Below, piece by piece: positions 1 to 14,400 of a stretch of 64,000 nt of DNA. The stretch lies in the NCBI RefSeq assembly GCF_037042905.1, contig NW_026974140.1, forward strand, positions 17,980,001 to 18,044,000, written 5' to 3'. The notes under the pieces are model-generated. The model was not told the origin of the DNA and did not search any database. It saw only the letters and a program-made list of their open reading frames with translations. A program made the position numbers and the translations under genes. The stretch's first letter is position 1. Each line of letters opens with the position of its first letter. This DNA is from Lytechinus pictus (Eukaryota).

Positions 1-1552
1 AAAAATTATTAAAAGTGTTTCCAATATCCTTATTCCCATATATAGTTTTACCATTATCATTAATAAAATCAGGCAGACTCTTCTTTTTGTTACCAAGAAC
101 ATCTTTAATGATATTCCATGTCTTTTTTAAGTTTCCCCTAGATTCTTGAAATTTATGTTCATAAAATTTTTTACGGGCATTTCTTAACGATTTATTAAAA
201 AAGTTTCTAAATTTGACATACTTTGTTTTGGAAGTATTATTTGGATTCTCACGATATTTCTTGAACAATTGATTCTTTTTGCGTATATTTTTCAATAAGA
301 CTGAATCAATCCAAGGTTTCTTCCTCATACCTTTTCCTTTACCTCTGGAGACTTTCTTAAAAACCTTAGTATACAAAGCACAAAATGTATCTAAAAACAA
401 GTTATAAGCAATTTCAGTATTTTCACAAAACAATATTTGATTCCAATCCATAAAAGCAAGTTTTTCTTTAAATGTAGCAATAGTATTTTCATTAATATTG
501 CAGCGTTCATAAATAATAGTATTTTTAGACAAATTATATTTGTTTGCAATTTGAAATACAGGAAAATGATCTGAGATGTCGTTCACCAGTAGACCAGATG
601 AAACATCAGAATAAAAATTGTTTGTAAAAATATTATCTATTGAAGAAAATGATGATTCAGTAATCCTTGACGGTTTATCTATCAGGGGCAAGAAACTATA
701 GGCATAAATTACACTTAGAAATCTATTTACAAGTCCACAATTAGAGTACTTCATTAAATCAATGTTAAAATCACCCATAATATATACATATTTACATTCC
801 AGATTAATCAATTTCAAACATTCTTCAAAGTCATCAATAAATTCAGTAACATTTGTAGAAGGTTTTCTATATATTATGCCGACAATTATATTTTTTCTTT
901 GAGGTTGTATTATTTCGATAAAAAGTGATTCATAATTCGATGTGTTATCCAACAAATCAGTTCGAACTATATAATTAAAAGAATTTGAAATAAAAAGAGC
1001 TACTCCTCCACCTTTGCCGTAGTTCCTATCAGAGTGAATAAATGTGTAACCATCCATATTAAATAGTAAAGGTGTGCTGTTATTGATCCATGTTTCTGAG
1101 AATCCATAAATGGAAAAGTTGAAAGACAATGTAGATAGGAAATCACATATAGTATTAAAATTCTTATTCAAACTACGAGAATTAAAATGTAATAAAGAAA
1201 ATCCATTATTCAAATCTTTAAAATTATCAATAAAATGATTATCTGAATAGTATTTACAATTAAAATCAATCTCCAAGTTAAAATCAGAGTTGTCTGTACT
1301 GAAATTTGTAAACAGATTATTAAAATCATCCATTCTAAAAGATCTGGGGCTCCTAGTATTGCAATTTATATTAATCAGTTCTTCATCATCAATGTCATTA
1401 AAAGGGAAAATAGAGTGGAAACATTGTGGAAATGAGCATTGACATAAATGTATATCATTGGCAGGAACATACTGATTATTATGGTTGTTTTTACAGTAGG
1501 AACATGTTATCAATTCAGTTTTTACTGCGAGGTTACAATCAACACAAAACAT
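1..1552 (-). CDS. LINE ORF2, N-terminal part: Cys-rich segment plus apurinic-like endonuclease (incomplete, continues beyond window)
   Basis: Manual translation from the ATG at 1552 gives MFCVDC..CSYC..., FSLLHFNSRSL, FSETW, GKGGGVALFI, IYRKP, MGDFNIDL, SSIDNIFTN, ISDHFPVF and KTWNIIK in one frame. It is absent from the ORF track, consistent with there being no stop inside the window. Confidence 0.9.
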   Translation of the reverse strand, partial: MFCVDCNLAVKTELITCSYCKNNHNNQYVPANDIHLCQCSFPQCFHSIFPFNDIDDEELININCNTRSPRSFRMDDFNNLFTNFSTDNSDFNLEIDFNCKYYSDNHFIDNFKDLNNGFSLLHFNSRSLNKNFNTICDFLSTLSFNFSIYGFSETWINNSTPLLFNMDGYTFIHSDRNYGKGGGVALFISNSFNYIVRTDLLDNTSNYESLFIEIIQPQRKNIIVGIIYRKPSTNVTEFIDDFEECLKLINLECKYVYIMGDFNIDLMKYSNCGLVNRFLSVIYAYSFLPLIDKPSRITESSFSSIDNIFTNNFYSDVSSGLLVNDISDHFPVFQIANKYNLSKNTIIYERCNINENTIATFKEKLAFMDWNQILFCENTEIAYNLFLDTFCALYTKVFKKVSRGKGKGMRKKPWIDSVLLKNIRKKNQLFKKYRENPNNTSKTKYVKFRNFFNKSLRNARKKFYEHKFQESRGNLKKTWNIIKDVLGNKKKSLPDFINDNGKTIYGNKDIGNTFNNF

Positions 1553-1687
1553 TGAAATAAAGATAAAAATAACCACCACAAAGAAAACAAAGATGAGAAA
1601 GAATTAAAAAACAAAAAATTAACACATTACAGATATGAAAAAATGGTATGACATTCGAGATTATCCAGGAGTACACGGTGAGATAAG

Positions 1688-2407
1688 CTACAAATGTTCA
1701 ATGTCTCTCTTGGATTTAATAAGTCTCTTTGTACTACCAGGGGCTTTGCCGATTGCGAAGATCCGGCCATCCAGAGACCAGGCAGTCTTGACGCGCTCAC
1801 TGTTCTTTGCTTTCTGAAGCAAGTCCGCATTGGTAGAGGTGAGATCTTCGAGAATTGCCTTCCTTGTCCCAGCTAGTTTCCGCCTGTGCTTGATGACCTC
1901 GTCACGCTTTCGGTACGACTTAAACTTGGCGATGATGGCACGCGGTCGACCTTCGTGGGACTTTCCAAGGCGATGTGACCTCTCCAGGTCTTGCTTGGTC
2001 AGCTCAACTCCGAGCACATCTGATGATAACTTGATGATCTGATCATCCGTGTTCTCGTTTGGTGTCTCTGTGATCCCAAAGAATCTCAAACAATTCCTGC
2101 GGGAGTATTGCTCCTGTTGGTTCATTTGATCCTGCAGCCGGGATATGGTGTTTGTGTTGACCTCAAGCTTTTCTTGAAGAACTCTTACTTCAGCGCTCTT
2201 ACTTTGGATGGTGGCTTCCATATCTAAAATGCGAGCTTCTTGTTTCTCCAGTTCATCCTTCATTTCACTGATGTGTTTCACAACATGATTCTCAATGAGT
2301 GATACCAAGCGAACGTCAGTAAGGATGTCTTTGATGGCTGCTGTAACAAGTACAGAGGTTTTCTCCTTCCCCCTTGTAGTTATACTTTGAATGTCTTTGT
2401 CAGCCAT
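1688..2407 (-). CDS. LINE ORF1 protein (L1-type Transposase_22-like coiled coil/RRM/CTD)
   Basis: ORF track 1688..2464, with the first in-frame ATG at 2407 (MADKDIQ). Motifs EQYSRRNCLRFFGITE, RSHRLG, PRAIIAKF, ILEDLT, AWSLDGRIF. Confidence 0.88.
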   Translation of the reverse strand: MADKDIQSITTRGKEKTSVLVTAAIKDILTDVRLVSLIENHVVKHISEMKDELEKQEARILDMEATIQSKSAEVRVLQEKLEVNTNTISRLQDQMNQQEQYSRRNCLRFFGITETPNENTDDQIIKLSSDVLGVELTKQDLERSHRLGKSHEGRPRAIIAKFKSYRKRDEVIKHRRKLAGTRKAILEDLTSTNADLLQKAKNSERVKTAWSLDGRIFAIGKAPGSTKRLIKSKRDIEHL

Positions 2408-5400
2408 CTTTACAACAATGACTTTACAATCAATATACTTGAAAGGAGTGGAGAGGGGCAGCAATCAATGAATGGAGAAGGATTAAAACAGACAATAGAG
2501 TTCCAGGATAATGTAGAAGTCACAATAGAGTGTAGCACAGTTGATGAGTTCTATGTAAATAGCTGATTGATTGAGACTGATGCAGAAGAGAGGCAGCAAA
2601 GATAAAGTACTTGCAATATATCAAATAGATGGGACTGTAGTCTTGCGATGAGTAGAAATCTCCAAAATTGAAGCACGCAGAATCAAAGTTTAGGTCCAAA
2701 AGAAGTGATAAAAATGTACTCCTGGTCGATAAATATGCTTACATATGTTATTCCAACATTATGCACTTGTTGTCACAATTGTTATATATCCAAAATCGAT
2801 GAAAAATAAGCGAAAATCTGAGAGTCTATGAGAGTCTATGACTATGCTACCATTGACAAACTGCCGTTGATGGGATCGATTTGTTTTATTAGGTCATTGG
2901 TTGAGTACTTGCATGTTGGGCAAACATAAACCCTATTATGATAAAATAAAACGCTTCCATCCCCCCCCCCCCCAAAAAAAAATCAACTGATCTGTCCACA
3001 TTACTAACTTCATATCGATTTAATCAATGCATAATCACAGTTAAATTGTTTCGTATATAAGCTTTTGTCTATAGCCTATCGAATGCTTTTTTCTTTAAAA
3101 TGTTTGGTTAAATATCATCATGGCCCTGGGGGCCAGGTGTGTAGTTTAATTCCTTTAGAGGTATAACCACGAATAAGAAAGCTCGCGTGCCTACACACGA
3201 CACCAAGGAGTCGATACACTGTGTTACCCTCTCCTACAATTACCGCAACACGTGTCTATCCAAAACCACAACAAAAACTTGTTAACAGAAGTAACGGGTA
3301 TTCGCAGGTGATGCCACGAGCATATTTTCCTTCATATAAACAAGGAAAGATGTTACAGCGATCTAAGCACTTTGACTTCTTCATTTCTCATTATTTTGCA
3401 ATCATATGATGAAATGAAGAAATTAAAAGGGACAATGTTCAGAGTTCTCCTCAAGCTTTCATTTTTCTAATTGTGCATGAATTGTGTACAAATCTCGTCA
3501 ATATGTAAATAGCGTGTAGGGGTAAATCACCTTGATCGGGTAATGCCGAACACATTCGATTTTTACCGATAAGTCCACACTGAAACGAATAAAATCAATG
3601 TATTCTTACGATACAAAGTTCGTTTAATGCTTTAAAAGAAACTAGGAACAGTTAAAGCATTATAGATAAAAAGTTTTAAAAGGTATTTATAAAATGGCGT
3701 CGTTTGTGATTACCCACACTTCACTGGCAACTGCCCGATGTTTCACTATTAACATGATATATAATGCATTCATATTTGCTTCTAAAAACCTTGCCACCGA
3801 TGGATCTTTTTTGTGTTCATTTATATTCCGTCGTTGAAACATTATCAAGTTACTGTATTTGGTTTTTGTTTGAAGCTGTTGTCGATTTCAGGAAAGCGAA
3901 TCTATCTCGCTCTTATAGGCATCCAACACACTCATACAAATTAGCAATAATCATGACAATTATAACAATAATGTGATGCATACCTATAAATAAAATACTT
4001 TTAATGTATATATTTTATTTTTCATTTTACCCCACAGTAGGGCGTTTTATTGATTAATAAACAAGCAAAGTTGTTTACAGTAGTACATACAATGCTATTG
4101 AGTACAATCGACAACGCCTGGTCACAAAACTGTACATTGTAGTAACTGCAAGTATACATTGTATACATAAACTGATACAGTAGAGAGGCCTGAGAGTCTA
4201 TATACAATTCTCTTCTCATAGAATTACCATGGATTAAGAACGCAATTTTCCTCTGCATTATTCTTATTCATCAAAGAGACGACTGAAGGGAGACCATAAT
4301 TTTTCAAGTTAATCATAATTTTATAAAAGATTTTTTTTCCAAAACGAAATACCTCTTCACCTCATTAAAACTTTTGTTTTGATATATACATTTTGCAGAG
4401 TACTGAGATTGAAAATATGACTGGTATGTACAATACACAATAAAAAAATATTGAAATATGGAATTGTCTTTAAGTATATTAGTTTGGGGATGTCCTTCTC
4501 AAATCCCAAAACCGTTCAAGTCAATTGCAAATCAAGTCAGTTCAATTTAATTTGAAACCAATTCCAATTCAACTCAACTATAAGTCATTCCATTCCACAA
4601 AAAGATTTAAAATCAATATGAATAAATGCAATAATTATTACATCATTACCATAGAAAAATAAATCTAGTAAATATTGAAATATGACTGCTGTATAATACC
4701 CTTAGATATGTTGGGGGTTTGTTTGGATAATCACCTTGTTTTCAAATCAAATCAATTATTCCCACAATGATATAAACCATAACAAATATATACAAAATAT
4801 GATACACGACGTAGAAAAGGTATATGAACCGCTCTTGTGACCAGCTATCCACATTTAGATTACAGAATAAGTATATTTCAGATCGTTTGTAAATAGATAT
4901 TTCTTTCTTTTAGCTAGTAAAATCACAAAAATTAGCAGGACCATAGACAGATTGTGATATTTGGGAGGAGGGAGGGGTACTTAAATGTACATGGAAATGA
5001 TTAACGTCCCGGGGAGGGGTCTTAGAGAAAGGGGCCTACCTCCCTTTGGTTGTGTGATAGCTTTCAACAGTTCCAATTCAATTCAACTTTCCGCCCTTTC
5101 ACACGGTAAAAAATCGCAATTTGAATGATTATTCCAGTGAAAAATAAGGCTAATAACGAATATTTAGCACATGTGAAACCAAACTCGAACATGATTAGAA
5201 TCACGAACGCTAATCACAGTCACGATTATAATAGCAATCATAATTACAATGATGATTCAAGATTCACGGTGAAAAGGCCCTATGTCAAGTCTATAGTGAG
5301 GATATTAGAATAGAAAACGCCTTCAAATTTTGTTTGAATTGATCTAATGTTGTAGACGATTTTAGAAGAGAAGGGAGCAATACCACTGCCTGTGTGCAGA

Positions 5401-5436
5401 GGAGGGTTGTTTTAAAAAGTTTAAACAACCCACTTA

Positions 5437-8400
5437 TTAATTCTGGAACATGTCAATGTCGTCTAACTTGAGTCTCTTTGCCATTTCTTCTCGGAGTTTA
5501 AACTTCTGGACTTTGTTTGACGTGGTCAATGGGAAGTTTGATACGAATTCTACATAGCGAGGTACCTCATAATGGGCCAACTGAAAATAAACAAATAAAT
5601 ACAAGAATTAAAAAAGAGAAAACAGCACATGAATATCAATTGAGAGTGTACCAATAAAACCCTACAACCCCTAAGACAAATGCAAGCAAGACAATGTCTT
5701 ATTTCAAAGTAAGGAACTGTCATGTAAGTAACCATACTGTCATTAAAAACTATGAAACACTAACGTTTTGATATGAATTTTAATACATTGTAAATGTCAA
5801 CGTAGCAAAAAGAAATATGGGGAAATATTTAACTTCCTCTTCAAAAAATGGATTTACATGATCAGCAATCATGAATCGGATTGAAGAAAAAAAAACATGA
5901 TAGGATTTAATAATGATATCTACATGTACTATAAAATCACAAACCTGTCCTTTGCAAAAATCTCTTATCTCATCTTCAGTGCACGTGACACCAGCTTTCA
6001 GTTTGACGCATGCGCACACTTCTTCCATCAATCTCTTATCTGGTACTCCAACGACCTGTATGTAGGAGAGATATAAAAAGAAGAAAAAAGGAATTGTGAC
6101 TTCAAATGAATGTCTCACAAATGAATTTATGAATTGAAAATAAAGCAACAATATTTTGTGTGTTTTATTCTAATCTGGGTTGCTGGTTGAACCATAATGC
6201 GAGATGTATAAGCCTAAAGTGCACATCAGCAGTAAAAGGTCAATTGAGATAAAACCATGAAGGTGTTTCAAATTCACTGACATAGGCATTTGTGATTTGA
6301 TATTATTCAAGTATTCCTTTAAAAAAAATTCATCACATCCAAACTGAAGAGTAAGAAAGTCTTCACAATCACTGGTATTGGACAGAAGCCCAAACAAAAG
6401 TCAAATATGCCAAAAACAGACAATAAAACAAACAGATTTCAAAACTTTACCGATGATGTACTATTCTAGTCACCGCTTTGCCGGGAAAGCTTATGCAACA
6501 TCTTCATTTAAAAATGTTAGTGCTCATCCTAATGAAAGATCGCAAAGTTCATTTGAGAAAAGTTGATCATGAGCTAAACGTGAACTGGCTTATGTATCTA
6601 TGCATATCAGATGCTTCCAAGTGTAAGCGATAATTATTGAATGTTCCTGATAGGTCATTCATGTGGCCTTAATCCGCCTTACCTTGAATTTATGATTAAA
6701 ACCAATATATCGAGAGATATTAATTATTCTCATGAACTTTGTAAGTTTTAAAATAATACTGAATTAATATTTTGCAATTGTTCTTGAGGCAAACAAGTAG
6801 GTAAAGACGAAAATATTGAGGAAAAACTATGCAGCAAACTTGGGCATTACCTGAACGTCTTCAACTTTCGGATGTTTGTGAAGATGATCTTCAATATGAA
6901 CAGCAAAGATGTTTTCTCCTCCTCTATTGATCATGTCTTTAATACGACCCACTATACTGATGTAACCATCTTCGTTCATTTTAGCAAGATCACTGGAGAT
7001 ACAAATATAACATGACAAGGGAACATAATAACTGCATGGGGATAGGATCTCTTCTTTATTTCATTTTCTTTAGTTTTCTTCATAAACAGTACTCTAGTCT
7101 GAAGATAATATTATTTTGATGATTTTCTTTTCAATGAAATCGGATAAAAAACAACAATATTTGCATGTCAACATTATGAGCGTGCTAATTTCAATTTTCA
7201 AATTGAGCTGATGATGCCAATTTTATTTGTATTTTATTGTGTGAAATTACAATTGTTCACAATAATTGTCAATTCCACGAATGTAAAAATGGTATTAGTT
7301 TGCAACTGGTGTAATGTGTAAGATCACCACTATTGCAACCTATTTTTAACAAGGCAGATAACGTTACACAAATGTATGAAACAAGACATATAATAAGATA
7401 AGAAAAGGGAAAATAAGGACAATAATATATATATAACCTCTAAACTTAGATTATTTCATTATCCTATATAACCGAATTCAATGAAATTCTCATTTGCGCG
7501 CTGTTTTAATCTATTCTTTTGAAAGATCTGTATTTTTTCGTCTTGGGGTTTCCTTTTCATATTGTAACAAAATAATACTGCAGGATTATCCATTTTAATA
7601 CTTTGATAAGAGTTTAAAACCCTCACCCAGAATAAAGCCATCTAGAAGGATCGATTGTTTCTTTCGTCCTTCTGTCGTCTTTCCAATATCCTGTCATATT
7701 ACTCGGTGATCTTCCGCAAAGCTCACCCGGCTCTCCGATAGGAACGATCTCACCAGTTGATGGATCAACTATCTTTATCTAAATAAAATACATTGATCAG
7801 GAGCATCACATTATTTTAGTTTTTACTTTTGAAAATATTTTTCTTTCTTTAAAAATATAAAATCATATCAACTCATTACTGACAGATATTCCCTTACTGA
7901 GCACCACTAGCGTAATGAGCCAAAAAAAAATGAGAGGGCATGAGACGGATGGAGCAGAAGTTCTAAAAGATGCGAGAGCGAAGCGAGCAAGCAAATATAT
8001 TTAAATTTGTATTTGACTTCATTTTAAATATTTCAGAAATAAACATAATACAAAAAATATAACATCAGAAGATTTAACATGATACATAAATCAGATATGG
8101 CATCATTCATCAAAATTAGATGATACAGCAATTTGAAATCAAGACAATCTAAAATTAGGGTACTTGCATAAAAAAGTAATGCTTGATCGGTCTGCAGGAT
8201 CCAGACCTTATTAATACAAAAGCCTAATTTTGGGATAGATTTTGACATAGTATTCAGAAAAACTATTTCACTCTTTCCATTTCTTTCTTTTCCCTTTTTT
8301 TATTGGTCGTGAAACTTTAGGGGGCACTGTCCAAAGCCCTTATTCGTACACCAGTGCTTAGAACCATTAGAACTATGGAATCTCAAAATTCTAGTATTAG

Positions 8401-11400
8401 TTCAATGATAATAATATTATAATAAAAAGGGGTAAAAACCCAAATGAACAGGGGCAAAGCCAGGCAGCATTACCCTCCCATATTAATTGGTGTTAGCATT
8501 ACCTCAGACCATGGATATGGACGTCCAACTGTTGAGTATCTAACATCATCAGGATCATTGGTTCGACCACACGTAATCATTCCACCCATCTCAGTCATTC
8601 CATAAACAATCTGAAAAAAATATAGAAAGTAAAATATGGAATATATATTGAAAACTTCAAAATACACGCAAAATATATAACATAGAGAAAGTTCATTATG
8701 AAAATGCCAATATGGTAATTAGCCATACTGATTGGTCTACAAGTCGGGACCCGAGTTGATGGGCATATGGTACTTGTGCTGTAGGTATGGTAGGCATACG
8801 GTATACTCAGATACCAACATAGTTTTACAGTATCCAGCTCGTATAGCTTTGCTTCTTCGTTTACTCCGGTCCAGCCCCCCCTCCACCTCCACCCTATGAA
8901 ACTTTCAAAAACACCTTAGCTCGTCATGTTGGGATATTAACCCACTCGTAACTTTAACATTGTGATCCAGAACTTCAAACCAAAACATTTTTTACTTATG
9001 TGTTTATTTGTTTACTTATTTGACATACAATGGTATCTTGGAGAGATGGGAAGGCACTTCGCAGTTGATGAACCACTTCCGATGGCACATAGCCTCCACC
9101 AGTAATAATAAATTCCCACTCACTGAGGTCAAAGGTCATGTGATCGGGATGATGAAGCATATCAATTAACATTGTAGGGATTCCGTACCACCTTGTGCAC
9201 CTAAGACAATTAAAAGAAAAAAACTGGATGTAATCAAAACCATGATCGAGATGAAATTGATTCGGTCGTTTATTTACAGATGTTATCTAACTGGGATTGG
9301 GTGAATACCCTTGTACCCGTCGGCACCACATAATTTCATTGTATCACTTCGAGTTGATCTCTACATGTTATTGCATGTAGTAGGGGTGACGAGAATGAAA
9401 GAGTAGGATGGCGAAACGATCATAGATGCAGGGAGAGGATGACGAGATTATAACAGTGGGGTGACGAAAAGATCACAGATACAGGGGAGAGGATGACGAG
9501 ATTATAAATGTAGGGTGGCGAAACGATCACAGATACATGGAGAGGGTGACGAGATTATAAGAGTAGGATGGCGAAACGATCACAGATACAGGGGAGAGGG
9601 TGACGAGATTACAACAGTGGGGTGACGAAACGATCACAAATACAGGGGAGAGGATGACGAGATTATAACAGTGGGGTGACGAAAAGATCACAGATATAGG
9701 GGAGAGGATGACGAGATTATAAGAGTAGGGTGACGAAACGATCACAAATATAGGGGAGAGGATGACGAGATTATAACAGTGGGGTGACGAAAAGATCACA
9801 GATACAGGGAGAGGGTGACGAGATTATAACAGTGGGGTGACGAAAAGATCACAGATACAGGGTTTAGAGGGTGACGAGATTATAAGAGTAGGGTGGCGAA
9901 ACGATCACAGATACAGGGAGAGGGTGACGAGATTATAACAGTGGGGTGACGAAACGATCACAGATACAGGGAGAGGGTGACGAGATTATAACAGTGGGGT
10001 GACGAAACGATCACAGATACAGGGAGAGGGTGACGAGATTACAACAGTGGGGTGACTAAACGATCACAAATATAGGGGAGAGGATGACGAGATTATAACA
10101 GTGGGGTGACGAAAAGATCACAGATATAGGGGAGAGGATGACGAGATTATAAGAGTAGGGTGACGAAACGATCACAAATATAGGGGAGAGGATGACGAGA
10201 TTATAACAGTGGGGTGACGAAAAGATCACAGATACAGGGAGAGGGTGACGAGATTATAACAGTGGGGTGACGAAAAGATCACAGATACAGGGTTTAGAGG
10301 GTGACGAGATTATAAGAGTAGGGTGGCGAAACGATCACAGATACAGGGAGAGGGTGACGAGATTATAACAGTGGGGTGACGAAACGATCACAGATACAGG
10401 GAGAGGGTGACGAGATTATAACAGTGGGGTGACGAAAAGATCACAGATACAGGGAGAGGGTGACGAGATTATAAATGTAGGGTGGCGAAACGATCACAGG
10501 TACATGGAGAGGGTGACGAGATTATAAGAGTAGGGTGACGAAACGATCACAAATATAGGGGAGAGGATGACGAGATTATAACAGTGGAGTGACGAAAAGA
10601 TCACAGATATAGGGGAGAGGATGACGAGATTATAACAGTGGGGTGACGAAAAAATCACAGATACAGGGGAGAGGGTGACGAGATTATAAGAGTAGGGTGA
10701 CGAAACGATCACAGATACAGGGAGAGGGTGACGATATTATAACAGTGGGGTGACGAAAAGATCACAGATACAGGGTTTAGAGGGTGACGAGATTATAAGA
10801 GTAGGGTGACTAAACGATCACAGATACAGGGAAAGGGTGACGAGATTATAAGAGTAGGGTGACGAAACGATCACAGATACAGGGAGAGGGTGACGAGATT
10901 ATAACAGTAAGGTGACGAAAAGCTCATAGATAAACGGAATCCGGTAATAAAAATAGGGCTTTTGAAAGGGTTACTAAAATGAATTGATCTCCTTCCTCCT
11001 ATAAAAAAGAGTTACATTTACCTTTCACCGTGCATCGCTTTCAAGCAAGCTAGGGCATCGAAGCCTGGAGATGGATAGACGAGCTTACACTGTGTGAGAA
11101 CGCCGAGTATACCAACAAACATCCCAAAGGCATGAAATAATGGAGTCGGTACACACATACTCTGTATAAGGAAAGAGAAACAATGAAAGATTAATGCAAT
11201 AGTAAAATGTAAATGAGTACATTGCCCATACTGTAAGTTTCAAAACGAAATGGGTACAATGGTTGACTTCATTTCGATTTTTTTTTTCAGAATTCATCAT
11301 CGTTAAAAACGAAGTCCAATCCACATGTTTAATTTCGGGAGCATTTAAAAAAATCTTATTTCCACAGCCATGACATACGACGAATGTGTGCTTATAAATA

Positions 11401-14400
11401 ACAGTCAGCCTGCCTTACAAATGATTATTGGTGTGTAATCAAGCCAATGGATTGCGCGAGAGGCTGTGTATTTTTATTTTACTTGGAACAGTCGGACTTA
11501 CCTGAGGCTTGTGGGCTGGAAAAAGACCGCAATGAATATTCATATTATTGACTATGTGAAAATGAGTCAGGCCTGTTGCTTTAGGATCACCAGTTGTACC
11601 CTGCATAGAAATTGAGGAAAACAACGAATTAAACTACTCAGGAATTTCAAAACATCACACGAGAAAAACACACACAAGGTATTGCTTAATCATAGACAGA
11701 GAAATCAGGTTTACCTCACCATGCTGGTAATCACGAGCTCAACTTGAGCAGGAGAGGATTTTATGGCATAAAATCCTGAAAACCCCTGATTACTATGAAT
11801 GACAGATTTTGCCACAAATGTAGGCATTTAACAATAATCATATGACGAGAAGTGACGCAATCACAATCAGGCGCTCTGTTAGTGTAATGCCATTGTCACC
11901 GTCGTGAAACCGACTCCAGACCGATCAAAGCTAGTACCTTATTATCAATGACATACCATTGACCGTTTTGTGCAACTGTAGCATAAAGTTTTAGATTTTA
12001 ATGTTACCGATGTAAACTGGATATTGGCTACGTCATCAAACTGGAGACTCTTTCTGCACCGATCGATGACGTCATGCTCTTCACTCCCACCCATATCCAT
12101 GACGTCACCGAATAAGAAGGTACCCGGATGATGTTCTTCACCCATCATGATGATGGATTTCAAATCAGGCAGTCTAAATATGAAAGGTAATCAAAGAAAT
12201 CGAAAAAAAATGTTAAATCGAACGTTTATTGTAGATGGTAATCTAACAGGGGAAGTTTGATAATAGACAGCCACGAATGATATTTCTAAATCAATGCTTG
12301 ATTATTTTCGAAAATGTTTTCTTGTCATCAGTCATGAGTATAAAAAATAGAGGGTATATTAGAGAGAGAGGGGGAGAGGGGGGACCGAGAGAGGGCAAGA
12401 AGTGAGAGAAAAGGAGAGAGAAAGGGGAGGAAGGTGTATTGATATGTGTGAGTGTAGATTCACAAGGACAAAGGAGTAAATTTGCAAATTTCAACATTAT
12501 TTTATTGAAAACAAAACAAAACAGTAAACACTACGAGAACATTCTGATAGATAAGGTATTATATTTTATTAAAGTTTCTCACCTTTTACTCTTCAGAGTA
12601 CCCGGTGATGATGTCTCAAGTTCAGGACAAATCTCATTTAATATGTTATAGTAGTTCTGTATCTTGAATGGACGTGCTGCTACCAGAACTTTGACGCCAA
12701 CCTTCATTAACCGTGGTAGAAATAAAAATCCCATCTTATAAAGATAAACCATTATTATTATTCTTTTATTTACTTTTTCGGGGGGTTTGCTCCTCAGCGG
12801 CAATGAGAAATGTATAAGATTAGAATGATCAGGGGCCCGTTTAATAAAGGACTTACAACTGTTGTAACTTTGCCATTATGGCAACTACCATGGTAACAGG
12901 GCTTAGCACCCAATCAGAACCAAGGTTTCCATGGTAGTTGCCATAATGGCAAAGTTACAACAGTTTTAAGTCCTTTATGAAACGGACCCCAGGTGTATAC
13001 AACTGGAAAAAAGTAGTGAAGTAAGATTTAAACTCACATCAATCCGAAATATCATACCATGACGATCATTCTGTGGTAAAACTGCATCTATACACAACAA
13101 CAAAAAGTAAGTCCCCCCTCAAACAAACATCAATAATTTCCGAACCAATGCTAGTTTTTAATATATTTTTACATGAGCGTGTAGGTAATTTTATAAGCTA
13201 CCCTCTGAGTAAATGTTATGGATGTATTTTACGTCATGCATCAGTGAGCACCGTCAGAAGGCAAAAATGTCCCTTTTCAAAAGTCACAAGCTAAATATCA
13301 TGACTTTGATTCCATTTTATTGGAACTAATTCCACATTCTCATCATGAAAAATAGTCAGAAGGCTTGTAAAAGGTACTTTCTAAAAGACAATACAACTTT
13401 TTTGGCTAAATTTCACGGTTGAATAAACACAAGTCCAAATTTGCTATAATTGGATTTTTTACACATTTCTATCAATAAAAATGATAGAATATGATGACAG
13501 TTATTTTTGGGAAGAGTATCTTCAACAATATTCATAATTTCACGGTTCAATTAACATTTATTGAAAACAAAAAATACGATTTTCAAATATCATAGACAAG
13601 TATTGTTTCATTTTGGTAACTGAAAATGATATTTTCTCAACTTTTTCGTAATGTTCATGACCAATTAACATGCTTCAATGATTCAAAGGCGTTTAATTAA
13701 ACATTCACGCTTGAATGAACATGTGGAATGTGATTAGCTCTTTTTTACGTTATTGGAAAAAATGCAATTTGTAACTATGGATATCTGTCACAAACCTCCT
13801 TGCATAGTTCATTTGATTTTATTTTTATGAAAATCCCGATGTTTAATGCATCAGTGAGCACACAATATTCGAAAATTATGCAAATGAAAAGAAAGTTCAA
13901 GGCCTTGGCCCCACTCTGTGCCGTATCGAATGGTTATTTTGGTGTGCGCGCCTTTTGGATAGTGTTACTCTGAAGCCATGTGCGAAGTTTCATGAAATAA
14001 CTGTTGGCAGAAGTAACAAAATCCGTCCATGAAACAAACCCTCATTTCATATTTGTTAAAATTTTGACTTCCTCTCTCATAGACATTGTGTACATTATGG
14101 GTGCACATGTTTAAGAATAAGTATCCCCTTATTCAATATGGTGGAACTTTTCTCCAAGGCTGTCTTTAGCAATGTCATTTGGCAGTAATGTTCATCAACC
14201 TATGGGCAGAATTCTGTGCCAAAATGAAATCGATCTGTTTATTTATAGATGAGTGAGCACGCATCAAAGTGGGAAAATTAGTATTTTCAACGTCACAGAC
14301 TCATTTTAAAGGGTAATAAAGGGAATATTGGGGGCAAATTCGGTTTCAAATGTGACTTTAATTGCTGTTGTTTTTATCATCCACCATTTCTATCACCACA

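Larger units (their letters stand above)
1..2875 (-). mobile_element. CR1/L2-group LINE retrotransposon, 5' portion (5'UTR, ORF1, start of ORF2); runs off the left edge
   Basis: An ORF1 with coiled coil plus RRNCLRFFGITE/RSHRLG/IIAKF motifs is followed by an APE endonuclease ORF on the same strand. The 5' boundary is approximate. Confidence 0.9.

Noticed and set aside
9380-10930. Repeat arrays (also 42670-44910 and 48804-49994) as CRISPR-like loci
   Set aside because: There are no unique spacers and no cas genes, and the context is eukaryotic introns or MITEs.
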